This document shows positions 62,200-64,000 of a DNA stretch of 64,000 bases, in pieces; position 1 is the first letter of the stretch, and each line of letters begins with the position of its first letter. A program made the position numbers and the translations under genes. The stretch comes from a bacterium (GTDB taxonomy: Bacteria; Hinthialibacterota; Hinthialibacteria; Hinthialibacterales; Hinthialibacteraceae). Under the pieces are notes generated by a model. The model searched no databases. It was not told where the DNA came from and saw only the letters and a program-made list of their open reading frames with translations. Location: assembly GCA_963662285.2 (NCBI GenBank), contig CAXXMV010000008.1, forward strand, positions 576,001-640,000, read 5' to 3'.

Positions 62200-63504
62200 T
62201 TATCCGTGCTTAATCCGGTCTGTGATCTTGCGATGCCAAGTCACATCATCCCACATTCCTTTGAAATGCGGGTGGGTGAAATTTGAAGTGCAAATGAACT
62301 TGCAACCATGTTTCACTGCTAAATCGCAACAAATCTCAGCGCTCTCTTTGACCCATTCCCAACCTAAAGCGGGGTGATCGATCCACGAGATCGGCCCCCA
62401 GCCCTCTGTGTTGCCGCACGGAATCCCTTGCTTATGGGCGGCGGTAGATATCACGGAGATACGGCCTTCCATCCATTCGATTAATTCGTTACGGTGTTCC
62501 TTCCAATAGTGCATCATGTCCGGATAGATTTTGTAAAACTCTTTATCATCTTTCATTTCATGGATATTCCCATACCCCGTACTACCCATGGCGCCATGTA
62601 CAAACCAGACGTGATAATCCAATCCATCAAAGGCTTGCAGATCAATATTCGCCAAGGGCATGCCTGAATCAAGGGAGACGTAAAACGGGAGGCCGCTCCA
62701 ATGTTTCTTCAGGCTGTTGAGCGTTGATTTCGCAAAGTTATTATAGAAATCGCGCTGAACGGGATTCATTCCCCCGCTCGATTCATCGGGAACGACATCG
62801 GGTATATGAGCTTCGGGATTATCTTCTTTGAACTTCTTTACATCCGAGCGTGCATCGAGTTGGCTTTTTAGCCAAACATATCCATGCCAGAAGGGATACT
62901 CATTCAAGACGTCCACATAAAGCGCCTGATCCAGCAGGCCGTTTTGGTCTAGAAACTCCAGGGTCTCTATCCATGATCTCAATAGCCCGCCTTCTTCCTG
63001 AAATATAGCCTTACGTCCGGCGCCGTGAGGCAGAAACCATGACGACAAACCTACGTGGATGCCCCGCTCGTAACATTTGGGCAGAAACTCCAACAGAGCC
63101 TCGCGGGGACGTATATGCATCGATACGTCGTTGCCCCACAATGACGGCTTCCATCCGTCTTTGACGCAGAAGAATTCTTCCTGAACATTACCGTCTGTAT
63201 CAGCAGCCACAAACTGCGGCATAGCATCCATACGTATGGCGTTGTAACCGCGTTCCAGCAGCCCATCCAGAACTGCATCCCAATCTTCAAACGAACCAAA
63301 GCGGTGGTGTCTCAAAATCCAGCTGAAATCCCACATAGCGATGGCGACCGGCTTGCGCAGCTCATGCAATCTGGTTCCTATCTTGGTCATTGCACCGGTT
63401 TGATTGGTTGGTTCGACGCCATGAACTACACGGGCGCCAAGCGCTGCAGCGCTTGCGCCATAAGAAATATTGCGGACAAAAGTTCGACGTCCCATTTTCT
63501 CCAT
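62200..63504 (-). CDS. Tat-exported cellulase-like (GH5-clan) protein
   Basis: GRRTFV; AMWDFSW; ERGYNAIR.D; VLNE acid/base; YHVW; TEGWG nucleophile. Confidence 0.78.
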   Translation of the reverse strand: MEKMGRRTFVRNISYGASAAALGARVVHGVEPTNQTGAMTKIGTRLHELRKPVAIAMWDFSWILRHHRFGSFEDWDAVLDGLLERGYNAIRMDAMPQFVAADTDGNVQEEFFCVKDGWKPSLWGNDVSMHIRPREALLEFLPKCYERGIHVGLSSWFLPHGAGRKAIFQEEGGLLRSWIETLEFLDQNGLLDQALYVDVLNEYPFWHGYVWLKSQLDARSDVKKFKEDNPEAHIPDVVPDESSGGMNPVQRDFYNNFAKSTLNSLKKHWSGLPFYVSLDSGMPLANIDLQAFDGLDYHVWFVHGAMGSTGYGNIHEMKDDKEFYKIYPDMMHYWKEHRNELIEWMEGRISVISTAAHKQGIPCGNTEGWGPISWIDHPALGWEWVKESAEICCDLAVKHGCKFICTSNFTHPHFKGMWDDVTWHRKITDRIKHG

Positions 63505-63820
63505 CTTGATATCCTTTCGCAACTAGCGTGATTCTCGAAGATAAGTTTATTTCTCCATACCGCGACGTTAACAACGCAGGTCACACATGTAAAGTGGTAA
63601 TTCTACTGGAATAACTTAAATATATTAGATATGTGTAAGTCTTAGTCTGTACAATAAAGAATAGATTTGTTACTGTGGAAAAAGTCGATATCACATAAAA
63701 AGTATAATTTATTTGGAAAAGAATGGAAAGAAAAGCAAGCCAAACATTAACTCTCTAAACTAACTTTCCGTGGTTATATACTGGGGGATATTTCATTCAC
63801 ATTAAAAGGAATAAAAACCA

Positions 63821-64000
63821 ATGATTAGTCTGAAAAAAGGGAATTTCAAAAAAGTTTTACTCAGTCTTCAAGACATAGTTGGACAGAATTACACTCGGTC
63901 GCTATGCGCCGCCCGTGCGCATTTATCAGGAGAAGATGAAAAAGAGTTATTAACCTTCGCAAAAGAAAAGATCGATTTTTTCCCTAAAACGCTTCAAAAG
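63821..64000 (+). CDS. Partial ORF running off the window (MISLKKGNFKKVLLSLQDIVGQNY...)
   Basis: AAGGA RBS; open frame to the window end; product not assignable from 60 aa. Confidence 0.55.
   Translation, partial: MISLKKGNFKKVLLSLQDIVGQNYTRSLCAARAHLSGEDEKELLTFAKEKIDFFPKTLQK

Overview
Bacterial chromosomal window of moderate GC, rich in carbohydrate-active and Tat-exported redox enzymes. The Pro/Thr-linker surface protein style is reminiscent of PVC-related or Hinthialibacterota-like lineages, but this is tentative. It contains: a heparinase II/III-like lyase plus sulfatase; two type II toxin-antitoxin pairs; an ApbE-DoxX-Gfo/Idh/MocA operon; PIN-PhoH; a corrinoid methyltransferase cluster with an unannotated 56-aa ORF; a giant cadherin/Ig adhesin locus whose upstream gene carries an in-frame TAG and an IS; an SSS-GH130 cluster; two Maf/DUF115 paralogues; dnaG, ispH, an ROK kinase, GT4 plus flippase and others. 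The most unusual structures I read from the sequence are five. (1) A very AT-rich five-gene island after dnaG (HTH, GT-C-like membrane protein, DUF1573-like Ig protein, secreted unknown, and a 175-aa Cys/Asp-rich secreted protein that only appears once an IS66 is removed). (2) A REP-rich cassette bounded by 16-bp direct repeats, holding a 3 x 264-bp amplification of a sigma54 promoter. (3) A decayed RAYT transposase between inverted REPs. (4) A cadherin domain split between two genes by a new stop/RBS/signal-peptide module. (5) An M28/DUF4910-like protein that appears to have lost its metal ligands. No rRNA, tRNA or CRISPR array was seen. Family calls come from motif recognition only; no searches were run.
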